Source: Promethearchaeota archaeon
Lineage (GTDB): Archaea > Asgardarchaeota > Lokiarchaeia > Sigyniarchaeales > SOKP01
Direction of reading: 5' to 3'
Assembly: GCA_019057865.1 (NCBI GenBank)
Contig: JAHLWP010000014.1
Span: 1-64,000 of the forward strand
Length of the DNA: 64,000 nucleotides
Under the pieces are notes generated by a model. That model was not told the origin of the DNA and did no database searches. It saw only the letters and a program-made list of their open reading frames with translations. Shown one piece after another: positions 63,683-64,000 of the stretch (positions are counted from its first letter, which is position 1; each line of letters opens with the position of its first letter). The position numbers were made by a program, and so were the translations under genes.

Positions 63683-64000
63683 ATGTTTGAGGAAATACCA
63701 GTTATTATTATTTTTCTATTGTTCTCACTTGTTGTTTCCTATCTTTTGTTGAAATATACTCCTGAACCGTTCAAAAAGATTATTGTAGGTCTAATGATGG
63801 TAGGTATCATTATTCACGAATTCTTTCATGTTGTCATGTGTATAATTACAAATACTCCCATTAAAAATATAAAATTTTTAGAAATAACCAAAACAGAATT
63901 GAATCCAAATTATAAAAAATATGAATTTAATGGATGTATAATGATTAAAGGAGAAGATAAGATGACTTTCCTTCAAGCACTTTTAGTAGGATTAGCTCCT
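63683..64000 (+). CDS. M50-like membrane metallopeptidase, truncated by window end
   Basis: GIIIHEFFH in a TM context; LVGLAP. Confidence 0.7.
   Translation, partial: MFEEIPVIIIFLLFSLVVSYLLLKYTPEPFKKIIVGLMMVGIIIHEFFHVVMCIITNTPIKNIKFLEITKTELNPNYKKYEFNGCIMIKGEDKMTFLQALLVGLAP

Overview
AT-rich archaeal chromosome segment, most likely Asgard Lokiarchaeia. This is inferred from a Rab-like GTPase, a proteasome alpha subunit, a Loki-type TPR protein, an IPFG+TM tail and GGTGA/GGAGG ribosome sites. Positions 1-5.6 kb form an accessory island with a stand-alone LAGLIDADG protein, several homopolymer-frameshifted genes, and a ~3-kb segment bounded by a perfect 20-bp inverted repeat. That segment carries two paralogous LVIVD-repeat surface-protein cassettes whose GC-rich 126-bp repeats vary mainly at five codons. 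The rest of the window holds a lipid/acyl-CoA oxidation cluster, dapL, a 3124-aa polytopic membrane protein with recent internal duplications, a Liv-type ABC transporter with HEAT protein and acyl-CoA ligase, a split PolB2/partner/RadA-like module, GH20, sirtuin, GTPase, psmA, a 1508-aa helical repeat protein, and a degenerate VirB4/HerA-like ATPase. The best novelty candidates are the hypervariable LVIVD cassette segment and two apparently paralogous ~60-aa microproteins (20920-21105 and 42076-42249), each behind a long, predicted-structured 5' leader. No tRNA, rRNA or CRISPR array was recognised. All calls are by eye; no searches were run.
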